From Octopus vulgaris (Eukaryota), in the NCBI GenBank assembly GCA_951406725.2, contig OX597814.1, forward strand, positions 168,578,001 through 168,642,000: DNA of 64,000 bases. The letters run 5' to 3'. The notes beneath the pieces are model-generated. The model saw only the letters and a program-made list of their open reading frames with translations. It did no database searches and had not been told where the DNA came from. Made by a program: the position numbers and the translations under genes. This document shows positions 25,200 through 37,710 of the stretch, in pieces. How positions within the stretch are numbered: the first letter of the stretch is position 1; each line of letters begins with the position of its first letter.

Positions 25200-26125
25200 C
25201 ACACACACACACGTGTGTGTGTGTCAGTGTTTGTCCCTCCACCATCACTTGACAACCGGTGTTGGTGTGTTTACGCCCTCATAACTTAATTGTATCGCAA
25301 AAGAGACTGATAGAATAAGTACAAGGCTTACAAAGAATAAGTCCTGGGGTTGATTTGTTTGACTAAAAGTGGTGCTCCAGCATGGCCACAGTCAAATGAC
25401 TGAAACAAGTAAAAGAATATATATACACAATACATACATACATAAACACACATATACATATATACATTTATATATATATACATATACACACACTTATATA
25501 TAGACATACATACATACATATATATATATATATATGACATCACAATCAAGGAACGGCCATAATAGGCCATCCCACATAATAGGCCATTCATTTTTTTGCC
25601 ACCCTATATTGATTATATATATATATGAATATATATATACACATTTACCCCGCACACACATACACAGAGCTTCATAGATACTATGCGGTTTCTTGATTTG
25701 AGAGTTAGAGAAATCCTACTCTAAAAGCTACTTCTTACATTTTGTTTTTATAAAATCTAACGCCACAGAGGTATTGCTCAAAAGAAATAATCATGGATTT
25801 CTTACCAGAGGCACAAACCTCACAAGAAGTAACATTGCACAGAACACTTAATTTTCATTAATGGTTTTAGCTAGGAAGAAGATGCAGTGATCCGTGACCC
25901 TTATTGACTTCTGGGATTGGAGAGACTGATTATAATTCCTGGAAAAACATGATTGAGAAGGAAAATTATAGAGGGTTGACGTCTGGGTATAAGATGCCCA
26001 TAAAATAATAATTGGCGTATATATATATATATATATATATAAGGATAATATCGATATTTAAATATCGATATTATCAAGTAGCCAGCATGGGATTAAATAC
26101 CATACAAAGGTAATAATTTTTTTAC

Positions 26126-26324
26126 AACTATAAATAAGGGTATCTGAGAGACACCACCATGCCGAAATAGCAGTCAAAACCCTGACTTGAATTATCCAGT
26201 AAAATCTTTTTGCTAGTTTATTTTGTCCCTCTGTCTATATGAACATTTTAGGTGGTTTTTAGAGTCAGGGTTTTGACTGCTATTTCGGCATGGTGGTGTC
26301 ACTCAGATACCCTTATTTATAGTT
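26126..26324. repeat. 62-bp inverted repeat (1 mismatch, 75-bp spacer); probable inverted Penelope pLTR
   Basis: 26126-26187 versus 26263-26324. Each arm carries agggtat-CTGAG(A/T)GA-...-GAAA-tagcaGTC-aaaaccct. Confidence 0.8.
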
Positions 26325-26344
26325 ACACACACACACATATATAT

Positions 26345-26413
<69 letters not shown>

Positions 26414-27064
26414 CACACACACATAGCTCTTTTCAGGGATGTCTTACATCCAAGCATCCCCTGGTTTATCTATATATCAGTGAATTTACTGGAATTTGTT
26501 TCTCTGAGTTAGTATTAGAGTTTATTAAACACTAGTACTATACACTTTATAGAGTTCCAGCAGTCTGTATAGATGTTTTCATCTGATTCGATATATGCAA
26601 ACATAAATTCGGTAGTATAATATAAAAAAATGGAGTGTTTGAATACAGTAAAATCAATTTATTTACATAACCGTCGATTACATAAGGTCTACGATCGTTT
26701 CAATATCTACCTTCATTCATTTTACAATTAATGATTATATTATGAGTTTAAAAGGTAGAGATCTCTCCTCTAGGAGCGATGAATATAAACTTACAACCTA
26801 CGAAAAAGAGAAAGAATAAATGCAATGATGATAATGTAAATGATCATATTAGAAATAATGCTGATACGTATAACAGTAGTAACGAACATAAAATAAGTAA
26901 CAATATAAACATTAAGACAAATAAGAAATGGAAGGAGCAAGGAGATAGACCACTAGCTAAGACCCAAAACAAAAGAAACAAAACATAACAAAAATAACCC
27001 TGAAAACGGGGAAAATAGGCGTGGCATCGTTAATAAGGAAACAACGGAAGATATCGAAAATAAA

Positions 27065-27450
27065 AATTGTGATTGCAAAATTAAAAACCGATGCCCATTA
27101 AGAAATTTTTGTAAAGAAAACGGTCTAATATATGGGTGTGAGATAATACCTGGGTGAGAAAATTACAACTATATAGGCGCAATTGAAAACTATATAAAAA
27201 GCAGGATAGCCAACCATGAAAGCACCTTTAGATACAAGAGGAAAATAGCTAGCTCTAGCCTAAGTAGATTAATTTGGGAGATAAAAGAGAAAATAAGGAC
27301 TATATGCTGAAGTGGGAAGTGATTAGCAAAGCAAAATCTGTTAGGATTTGGGGTCAAGAGGTGTGACTTATGCATGGAGGATATTTTCCAGATCATAACA
27401 TCTAAGCATAAGTTGAGCAACAATAATAGAGAAAGAGGATTTTGTTATCC
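27065..27450 (+). pseudogene. Penelope-like element GIY-YIG endonuclease pseudogene
   Basis: NCDCKIKNRCPLRNFCKENGLIYGCEI..*..YIGAIENYIKSRIANHESTF...LSRLIWEIK, then LKWEVI and RCDLCMEE after frameshifts. Confidence 0.85.
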
Positions 27451-27532
27451 ACACAGAATTAAATAAACTTTTAATAAGTATAATTAAAATAAAATAATAG
27501 TAAATTAAATAGACACTATTCAAATATACGTT

Positions 27533-27546
27533 TAATAATAATAATA

Positions 27547-27643
<97 letters not shown>

Positions 27644-27645
27644 TA
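27533..27645. repeat. (AAT)n/(AGT)n microsatellite
   Basis: Directly visible. Confidence 0.95.
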
Positions 27646-28018
27646 ATTCTAGAGACATGATGTGAATAAACCAAATTCTAGACTGAATGTTTTTAAAATG
27701 ATAATCCCTTAGAAGAATACAAAGTGTAACCCTTACTATCAGCTGACATACCTAAATAAATAAGTTAATAATTATTGGGTAGAGAAATTAAATTCATAAC
27801 AGAAATATGTATGTGTGTGTGTGTGTGTGTGTGCGCGTGTGGTTGGATATAAGGATAATATTTGAGGGAATGTGTGTATGTATATGTATAAATCCTTAAA
27901 AATGTTTTAGCCCGAAGGCCGCGGCCATGCTGGGGGCACCACCGCTGTATATTTAATAATTTTAGATAAATTATGTATAAGTAAACACTATGATGAAGTT
28001 AAATAAATTAAAATAAAC

Positions 28019-28255
28019 GTAGGTACAGGAGTGGCTGTGTGGTAAGTAGCTTGCTTACCAACCACATTGTTCCGGGTTCAGTCCCACTGCGTAGTACCTT
28101 GGGCAAGGCTTCTTAGCCTTGGGCCGACCAAAGCCTTGTGAATGGATTTGGTAGACGGAAACAGAAAGAAGCCCGTCGTATATATGTATATATACAGTCG
28201 AAATGCCGCTAAGCATTTTAGCCCGGCGTGCTAACGTTTCTGCCAGCTTGCCGTC
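28019..28255. mobile_element. SINE B 5' half (+) abutting a SINE A head fragment (-)
   Basis: Family B match at 28019-28185; family A head match at 28197-28255. Confidence 0.75.
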
Positions 28256-28482
28256 TTGTAGATAGTAAAAATGATGCTATACGTTGAACTTGAGAAATGT
28301 CTTGCATATTTTTACTGTTTCGCTGATAGATTGTATTTGTTATGTGTATATTAGCTGGTTGGTTTCTTTTTCTGAAAACCCTAGTTTTTCCAGATTGACA
28401 CTCTGGCATTTGCTAACAAAACCAAGTACAACAAACATCCTTGATATGAAAGAGAATTTATAAAATAAGTATTGGTAATAAA

Positions 28483-29131
28483 TATTGATTTCAAATTTTG
28501 GCACAAGCCCAGCAATTTCGGTGGAAGTGGTAAATCGATTATATCGACACCAGTGCTCAACTGGTACTTATTTTATCAACCCCAAAAGGATGAAAGGCAA
28601 AATCGACCCCGGCAGCATTTAAATGCTGATCGTCAAGTCGGATGGAAAGCCGCTAAATATTTAACCCGGCGTGGTAACGATTCTGCCAGCTCGCCGCCTT
28701 TATCATATGTATTTTTCATTTTGTCTTTACTATTTATTGCCTTGTTGAGTCAAGTATTAGACGAGTGCCTTTTCATCTTATAAACTCGTAGTCGCTAAGA
28801 AATCTTAAGTTGAGATGATCTTCGTTTGTCTTTAACAACCCAGAATCCTGATATTGAATAACTTGCGAAATTGCATCAGCCATAAAGGCCTCACTGAATA
28901 AATATAGTAAAAGATAATATGGTTTCAAATTTTTTGTACAAGGTCTGCAATTTCAGGTAGGGGTAAGTTGATTATATTGACCCTAGTGCTCAACTGCTAC
29001 TTATTTTATCGACCCCCGAAAGGATGAAAGATAAAGTCGACTTCGGCGGAATTTGAACTCAGAACGCAAAGACGGGCGAAATGCCGCTAAGCATTTTGCC
29101 CGGCGTGCTAACGATTCAGCCAGCTCGCCGT
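28483..29131 (-). mobile_element. Two SINE family A variants (28483-28700 and 28917-29131)
   Basis: Family A body with an alternative tail (tttcaaattttggcacaag on +). Confidence 0.8.
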
Positions 29132-29967
29132 CTGTATGATATATATATATCTTTTTATTTTGCTAAACGATTTTATTTTCATGTTTAAAAAAGTTATCAT
29201 TTTTTTTAGAAGTTCTTAATTTTCTGGGTGTGAATAGAAGATTTTTATAATGCGCGAAATATCAGAAAAATGTCTGATTATAGTTGACTATTATGTTGAA
29301 CCCGCGAAATATTTTTGTTTGTGTGAAATAGAATAATAGAGAATAAATGTGAAATTAAGAGAAACTGATATTTTTTATGGACTTTAATAACGTTAATGGT
29401 AGAAAACAGATCACCTTTGAAGAAAAAAAGCAAAATCAAACTAATGTTTATTTATTATCGTAAAGTTTTGTTCAAAATATTTTCATTACAATTTATCAAT
29501 TTTTTTAATATTCATAGAAGTAATTTCATGATAATAAAACTAATTTAAAACAATATTTAAAATTTAGTTATTGATAAATATTATAAATTTAATTTTTCAA
29601 AGATCTTGAATTTTATCAAACGTGACCTGGTTCTGCTATTAACCATTTATAATGAAATTGAAATACGTGTTCTCTAATAATATTTAGGGAAACCTTTGAA
29701 AAAAAACCCAAAGATCTCCAGATGGGCCATGAGCTAAAAAGAAAAGGTTGGGAACTCCTTGTGAAGTGATTAGAACGATCTAGAATAAAAACTGTGTATA
29801 CTCATGTAAAAGTTGAATTTCTGAAGATTTTTAAGGTTGAATTTGTGGAGTCGACTATAATATGGATACTATATTTGAACGATCGAAATCCACTCTAGAA
29901 TCCCAAAATACCGTACAAGTAACAGAAGTCCAAGTGATGTCTAAATGAATAAAAAAAATGCACAATG

Positions 29968-30115
29968 GTGCAGGCGTGGTTGTGTAGTAAGAAGCTTGCT
30001 TCTCAACCACATGTTTCCGGGTTCAGTCCCTCTGCGTGACACCTTGGGCAAGTGCCTTCTACTATAATCTCACGCCAACCAAAGCCTTGTGAGTGGATTT
30101 CGTAGAAGCCCGTCG

Positions 30116-30201
<86 letters not shown>

Positions 30202-31370
30202 CGTACATATCTTTGTGTCTGTGTTTGTCCCCCACCCCACCGCTTGACAACCGGTGCTGGTGTGTTTACGTTCCCGTAACTTAGCAGTTCAGCAGACCGA
30301 TAGAATAAGTACCAGGCGGATCTTTTCCTTTTGATGGACGGAATTTTCTAGTTAACTAAACAATTTGAAACTTCGTATACTGGTAGAATGTGTCAAAAGA
30401 AAACATTATTGTAAACAAAATTGAAAACAAAATTGTAATTTGTAAGTTTAACGTAGTTTAATTCTTCGAATTTTAACCAATGAAATACCAGCATTTGAGC
30501 TCAAATCATTTGCTGCGTTATCGATATTGATAAACAAACATAGCAGACGCATGCCGCATACACACACACACACATATATTCAGATACATACACACGTACA
30601 CTTGCACACACACACACACACAGAAGGGGGGGGGGCAATGTTTCATCGTTTCGGGGTCGATAAATTAAGTACCAATTACGCAATGGTGTCGAGGATTTTT
30701 CCCCCAATTTATATCACAACCTCCGACAAGCTGGGGCATCCTTTTATGAAAAAATATTTCGCAAATTTTTACAATACGACCTACACTCCACACGCACCCT
30801 CTAGACCGATTTAGGCACATTATTGTTTTGTTTTTGTTGTTTCTGGCCCTTCAAAACCATGGGAGAAGCCTTTTCGGTAAAAAAAAAATAAAGAAAATAT
30901 TCAAAAAATATCGTTAATATTTTTATTGGGCGACGAAATTCATCGATTTAAGAGATATAGCTGTTATTTCTAGCACATGCAGAAGACAGAAGACAGACAG
31001 AAGAGAGAAGGGTGAATAACACGTGTGTGTGTGAGGATATTGTCTGAGTTTTTAGACGCAGCAAATGATTTGAGCTCAAATGCTGGCATTTCATTGGTTA
31101 AAAATCGAAGAATTAAACTACGTTAAACTTACAAATTACAATTTTGTTTTCAATTTTGTTTACAATAATGTTTTCTTTTGACACATTCTACCAGTATACG
31201 AAGTTTCAAATTGTTTAGTTAACTAGAAAATTCCGTCCATCAAAAGGAAAAGATCCTACCAGGCTTATAAAAAGTGAATATTGGGGTCGATGCAGTCTAC
31301 AAAATTTTTTTCAAGGCGGTGTCCCCAGCATGGTCGCAGTCTGATCAGTGAAACAAGTAAAAAATAAAAG
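29968..31370 (+). mobile_element. SINE family B interrupted by a GGATC MITE
   Basis: SINE tail ...gatagaataagtaccaggc resumes as taccaggcttataaaaag after 31256. Confidence 0.85.
30318..31256. mobile_element. Non-autonomous DNA transposon with ~200-bp TIRs and 8-bp TSD (Merlin-like by GG termini and TSD length)
   Basis: ggatcttttcc...ggaaaagatcc. Arms at about 30318-30518 and 31056-31256 are nearly identical. TSD taccaggc at 30310-30317 and 31257-31264. Confidence 0.88.
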
Positions 31371-32218
31371 ATGAAAGATAATGAATTACAGTTATATTAA
31401 TGATTTTAAGCATCAAAAGACAAACCGTATTAAACAACAGCAACCATAAATTAGGGCACGTAGCTCTGATAAATACTTACATTTCCTTTTTTTTTTATTT
31501 GTATCCATCGCAATCAATTGCCTAGCTAAGTGATATCAATTTACAACCTCTAATTACTGTATAATATCACCTTCACGTAATAAATATGCACAAGGCCACA
31601 CTTGCTCGATGCCGGCGTATTAAATTTCACCCGTTCAGTGTGTTTCGCTCCAGATTTTCTCCAGCTTCATTATTTTCAAATTCGTGATTAAAATCACAAT
31701 CATTACAGGTACCGTATATCAGTGCTGCATTTTATATTTCTAATTAATTCAATGCAGCTTGAGGCTTTAAATACCAAAATTGATTTCAAGAAAAAAAAAA
31801 AAGAAGAAAACATGTAGAAACACAACGTTACGCTCTACGCAAACGAAAATCTCCTGCTAAAATGTTTTCTCCTTCGTCACTGGATTAGGGACTCACAGTT
31901 TCTTTGTTGCATTTTCATTTTTAATGAATTCCCTATAGCTCAGTCATAAAATATAAAACAACTATAAAATAAATAATGGTAGTGGAAACAAAAATGAAAT
32001 AGTAGGCTATTATTTATGCATACAAAATGTGAAGTAGAAATTTAAAATAACGTTAAATTATAATTACATGGTACGTCTTAAACATTTTGAACACAAGAAG
32101 TTCATTAAAATCCTGCTAAATCACACACTTCATCATCAGTAAAGCTTCGTTATCACCAAGATGAATGATGTCATCATAAGGATCATCTTCATCTTCGCTG
32201 TTCATAGTTAGAGGCAGC

Positions 32219-32492
32219 GGATCTTTTCACTTTGACTGGCAGATTTAAAAGATAATTTTTTGTAACTAAACACTTTTAAACTTCGTATACTTGTAGAATG
32301 TGTCACATAAAACATCTTTTTCTCTTGGCGTTCTTGAGAAAATTCTGTAGTTTGTAAGCTATTTGTTGTTAAATTTCTCGTATTTCGGCAGTTTCAACCA
32401 ATCAATGACACATTCTACCAGTATACAAAGTTTATTAGTGTTTAGTTACAAAAAATTATTTTTAAAATCTGCCGGTCAAAGTGAAAAGATCC
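32219..32492. mobile_element. GGATC-family MITE, short form
   Basis: TIRs ggatcttttcactttgac / gtcaaagtgaaaagatcc; degenerate 8-bp TSD gaggcagc / gagaccgc. Confidence 0.82.
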
Positions 32493-33295
32493 GAGACCGC
32501 TCTTTCTTTATCCATGTCACTCCATCGATACCTGTTTCCTGCACCATTCAGTGTATTCGAAATACCACATTTTGCTTTCGAATGATTTGACAAGGCGATG
32601 CCCCTGTAAGGCCGTAGTCTAATGATTGAAACAAGTAAAAGATAGAAGATAAATAATGTCAGTTTCCCTGCCACTTCCATGGATCAATGAGCTATTCCCA
32701 AATGAGAAACAGTGATGAAGCCCCCATACTGCCTCCTTTAATACATGTTTTTCTCTCTATCAAGGATTCGGTTGTTCCGCTTGATTTCTATTACGTTCTT
32801 AAATGCTTTATCGATACTAACATCTAATGATCGCAAAACTTGTTAAGTCCGCTGGGAATTATAGCTATGTCAGTGTTTTGTAATCAGAAGTTATCAAGAA
32901 TGTTTTTCCTTTGAGGTACCCTAAACTGGTCCCGGACGAGCAAATTCTTTCTCCACCAGGTCGTAAGTTTCAAGCATACTTTACCCATTTTCTCCATCTA
33001 CCCTCATCCATCAAGCTTTGGGAACGCACATGGGTGACAAATTCTTTTAGAAATTTCTCCCTGACAAAATACTTTGTCTTAAAAATAACCATTAGTTTTT
33101 TAGCTTACAAAGAAATTGGGAGTCCCTAATCCAGCGACGAAGAGCAAAATGTTTTGTTGGGAGGTTGTTGTTTGCGTAGAGAGTAATGTTGTGTTTCTAC
33201 GGGTTTTGCTTTCCTTTTTTTAAAAAAAATCAATTCTGGTATTCAAAGGCTTAAGTTGCACTGGATTAATTAGAAATATAAAATGCAGTACTGAT

Positions 33296-33681
33296 CGTTG
33301 TGGCACTCCGTCGGTTACGACGACGAGGGTTCCAGTTGATCCGATCAACAGAACAGCCTGCTCGTGAAATTGACGTGCACTGGCTGAGCACTCCACAGAC
33401 ACACGTACCCTTAACGTACTTCTCGAGGAGATTCAGCATGATACAGTGCGTAACAAGGCTAGCCCTTTGAAATACAGGTACAACAGAAACAGGAAGAAAG
33501 AGTGAGAGAAAGTTGTGGTTAAAGAGTACAGCAGGGATCACCACAACCCCCTGCCGGAGCCTCGTGGAGTGTTTGGTGTTTTCACTCAATAAACACTCAC
33601 AACGCCCGGTCTGGGAATCGAAACCGCGAACCTACGACCGCGAGTTCGCTGCTCTAACCACTGGGCCATTGCGCCACCACA
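33296..33681 (-). mobile_element. SINE family C (tail type 2) with 10-bp TSD
   Basis: cagtactgat at 33286-33295 and 33682-33691. Confidence 0.88.
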
Positions 33682-34078
33682 CAGTACTGATATACTGTAC
33701 CTGTAATGATTGTGAAAGAACGAAAAGTAGTCCTACTTTCCTTTAGACCGGCAAATCCCATCAATACTGTTTTCTTCTTTTTGATTCACAGTTCACTTCT
33801 CTGGTATGTCAAGAATGAAGAGTGTTTCATCTATGGTACCTATGAATGATAACTGGTTGCTTTCCTTTTGCCGATCTTTGACTACAAACAACAAAAACTA
33901 TATCTTATGTAATCAGAAGGTAGCTTTTAAGTGCTCCGCTAATATTCTAAGTCATAGCATCTCATGAACCTAGTGCACTATCCAGTACCTGTTTTAAAAT
34001 TCGATATGAAATCTTTGATTTCTTCCCTTCGAACATGGACTCCGAGGGCTGCACGAATACCAATTTTTGTTTTGACTA

Positions 34079-34577
34079 CCGTAAATCCTCGAGTATAGTC
34101 CGCTCTTGAGTATAATACGCAGGGGATTTTTAGGAGGCTGTACCTCTGAAAAACCTAAACCTTGTGTATAATACGCACCCCTTCCCAATCTTGAGTCAAG
34201 GAGGTCTATATAACGTCCTTGGTTTGTAAAAATGTATACGGTAACGTACTTTATTATTATTGTATATATAGCATAATGCAAACGTATAGCATTTTTGTGC
34301 ATTTTGTTTGCAGAAAATAAAGAAATAACAGTAATAACGTTTAATAAATGTTGCTTACTGCAAGTTATGAATGATTCTTTTATGACTTCGTTGCTTAAGG
34401 TATTTTCGCGCCCGACATCACAAAATGTGTCTGAATAAACATTACCGGACAGCAAATAGAGACTCGGACATTGCTTAGAAAATAATTTTCATTTTTAACC
34501 TCGTGTATAATACGCACTAGGGATTTTGACCTTTAAATTTTGGGGAAAAAATGCGGATTATACTCGAGGATTTACGA
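34079..34577. mobile_element. pogo/Tc2-type MITE
   Basis: 25-bp TIRs ccgtaaatcctcgagtatagtccgc / gcggattatactcgaggatttacga, TA flanks, internal repeats gtataatacgca. Confidence 0.85.
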
Positions 34578-34937
34578 TATTTTCTAGTACCCATTATGCA
34601 ATTTTTTTTCTTTAGTTGTGGTCACTATCTTGGTTTATCTTTGTTAACACATTTTATTTTTTGATATTCTTTGCAGTTTATACGATATTTTTCACCAGTC
34701 ACTCCCTAGTTTCTCTTAAATACAAAATTCTTTTGCTACAATGTAGTCGTCTTCTCAGCAACTTCAATAACTTATAGCTTTAAAGCTGATGAATTATCTT
34801 AGGCACTTTTACACAAAATGACAGCCAATGTTGAAGCCTCTTTAAATGTTAAAACTCTTTTAAAACAATGCAAAGAGACGTTATGAACCAACTTCGCTTG
34901 TTCGATAATGAACTTTTAAGAAATCTATAACCTAACA

Positions 34938-35100
34938 GGCGTAGGAGTGGCTGTGCGGTAAGTAGCTTGCTTACCAACCACATGGTTCCAGATTCAGTCC
35001 CACTGCGTAGCACCTTGGGTATGTGTCTTCTACTATAACCTCGGGCCGGCCAAAGCCTTGTGAGTGGATTTGGTAGACGGAAACTAAAAGAAGCCCGTAG

Positions 35101-35179
<79 letters not shown>

Positions 35180-36348
35180 TGATATGGAGGTCAGTTGAGA
35201 AAAAAGTGCTATGACCTAGTTTCGTGTTTGGTGCCAGCTTGACTAGGTAGACAGGTTATTTTGGCTTTGTTCTGTCATTTTTGTAGGGAAATTAATGAGT
35301 TTGGAAGATACCGCTGACCCTATCCGGTCAAGCTAAGTTTAAGAAAAAATAAATCTACCACCCTTTAAAATGCGGGGAGCTGGGAGTTTGTTAGTCAGTT
35401 GGCAACAGAGTCAGTTGGCGTGGGGGTCGATGCAGAGATGACAGTTGGCAAGAGGCGAGAGGGACAGGCAGATAGTATTGAGGACATGTAAAGCGAAAGG
35501 GAGATTACGGCGAGAAGGCTGGATTGCTGTTGTAGGAGTTTGTAACTAGAAAATGTGCGGTAATGTGTGTTTGTTTTTGTTGTTGACTTTTGATGTGAAA
35601 TGTAAAAGAAACGAGATTATGACTAAACTGTAATCTGTTGTAAAAAGAAGAAAAAGAATTGTGTCAAAAATAAAAGAGAAGGAAAAGAGGAAGAAAAGAA
35701 GGGAAAAGAACATTGTGAATTGTGTTAAAGAGAAAAAGAAAGAAAGAGAAAGACTTTAATGTTGAACTGTTTCGAACTCTGTATTGCGTTGAACATTGAT
35801 GTTTTGATTATCTTCGGACTGTGTTGTATCGTGCATGCCTTTGATTGTTGTTTTTCTTTTTTAATTCTGTTGCATGTTATTTTCTTTAATGTATCTGATA
35901 TGTATCACATTTTATTTGATGTTGTAATAATTGTATAAACTGTTGTAAACGTAAGCAACTGCCTTCCGCCGTGTCTCTCTCTCCTCCTGTTGTTGTTATC
36001 TCCGGTTACCGGTTTGAGTTCGCTGCCATCTCCACCACCGTTTTCTGTGTGGCGGATCCCGTTTGACTGAGCCTGGTCATCGTCGTCGCTCGACTTAGTA
36101 GGGTCCCGGGTTCGAGTTGAGCGACGGCAGGTTCGTAACAATATGTTTGTGTGTCTGTGTTTGTCCCCCCAACATCGCTTGACAACCGATGCTGGTGTGT
36201 TTATGTCCCCGTAACTTAGCGGTTCAGCAAAAGAGACCGATAGAATAAGTACTAGGCTTATAAAGAATAAGTCCTGGGGTGGATTTGCTCGACTAAAGGC
36301 GATGCTCCAGCAAGGCCAAGGTCAAATGACTGAAACAAGTAAAAGAGT
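34938..36348 (+). mobile_element. SINE family B interrupted in its (TG)n tract by a solo LTR
   Basis: 5' half at 34938-35179; 3' half resumes at 36141. Confidence 0.85.
35180..36140 (+). mobile_element. Solo LTR (probably Gypsy-type), about 960 bp
   Basis: TG...CA termini (tgatatgga / ttcgtaaca), 4-bp flanks gtat / atat, AATAAA signals, clean insertion into a SINE. Confidence 0.65.
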
Positions 36349-36932
36349 AACGTTTTCGAGAATTGTACATAAAAACACACTGCTCATAGGCTACCCTTGA
36401 TTCGCAAATGTGAAGAACTGGGATCCACTTTTACACGAGATAACTGGAAAATTCCAATTTTTTTCGGCTAAAAATATAGTGCCGACTTTTACTCTGGTAA
36501 ACATGGTATCGATAAAAACTATGTGTCAACTATTCATCGAAAATGAAATAAATATTTCGAAAATTAGACAGCTCTTCATCAATAAACATTTCTATATGTC
36601 TTCATTGCTAAGAACATGGATAAATTTTATGGTAGGTAATTAAATCGATCTAAGTATATTACTGTGCCTATTTCATAAACCCTGTAGGAATAAACAGAAA
36701 TATTGATTCGCGACAGGATTTGAACTCAGAACTCGGACCAACGTAAGAAATTGTTATATATGGAGATGTATGAGTGTGTGGTTGTATTAGTGCTTTGCGT
36801 GTGTTTGTTCGTGCGTGTGATGTGTGAGTGTGTAAAAAGAGACTGTGCGTATCTGAGTGTGTAAGAATATTTGAATATAATTAGTATAGAATATTCTATA
36901 GTAATGCCGAGGAGAGAGAGAGAAATAGAGAA

Positions 36933-36978
<46 letters not shown>

Positions 36979-37329
36979 GCTACTGTTGCTAGAATGCATA
37001 ACTCCGATACTTTAGGATCACTATAAATGATTGTAATTTGTACTGACCTCTTCATAATGGAGAAATCAATTTGTCTTTCGTATTGATTAATTCATTGATT
37101 GCTCCCATAAGGAATTCCCTAGATGTAATTTTTTTCTTTTGCCTTGTCTTTGATAAAAAATAATATTATTGGTGGTATGTATGGCGGAAGGCGGGGGTCC
37201 TTGATGGAATTTAAAGTCTGTTATTTCGGGTCGATCAAGGAAGGGATCGCTAGTATTTTTTTTTTTATCAGGTCGGCATTAGAGACCATCGCTGCATTGC
37301 AGTTATGCATATTTATGGTCGAGCTAATG

Positions 37330-37710
37330 ATGGAAGATCTATGTGCTGGAAATGACTGCTAAGTCCCCCGGAAATAACACCCTACTGTCTTTAAAAACGG
37401 CACAATACACTGAATAGGGCAGTCCTAGGTACAGTATGACTGGGGTAAAAGACGTGATGGTCACGACTGAAACGTTTTTGTTTATTGGTCTGCTGGATTA
37501 TGGCTCATCTCGGATTAAACAATAACTTATTTAAGCTAGGAATCTCTACGCAGTCACTCGACCTAATACAACTAGCAACCAAATTTCCCTTCAAACAGAA
37601 CTCTTCACTTTTTTATTTTTAAGGACACATTGGATTATTTAATAATGTTAGATATGTCCCGACTGAAAAAGAAAACAGGATGGTCACGGTTGGAAGTCTT
37701 TGATCATGGG
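37330..37710 (+). repeat. Two copies of an ancient ~200-bp interspersed repeat (family D)
   Basis: Shared motifs gacctgctagaaatagcagccaaat, ggatggtca and tttgatcat. Further copies near 38460, 40270, 41210, 44660-45200, 53420, 60000, 60650, 63080 (+) and 17280-17400 (-). Confidence 0.55.

Larger units (their letters stand above)
31694..33715. repeat. Old ~215-bp inverted repeat pair; right arm split by a SINE
   Basis: 31694-31910 is the diverged reverse complement of 33103-33295 plus 33692-33715. Confidence 0.8.

Noticed and set aside
33600-33681. tRNA-like sequences at SINE heads
   Set aside because: A/B boxes present but followed by SINE body and TSD; no complete cloverleaf seen, so not called tRNA genes
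33994-34455. 153-aa ORF
   Set aside because: Lies within and across the end of a MITE; no transposase motifs recognised
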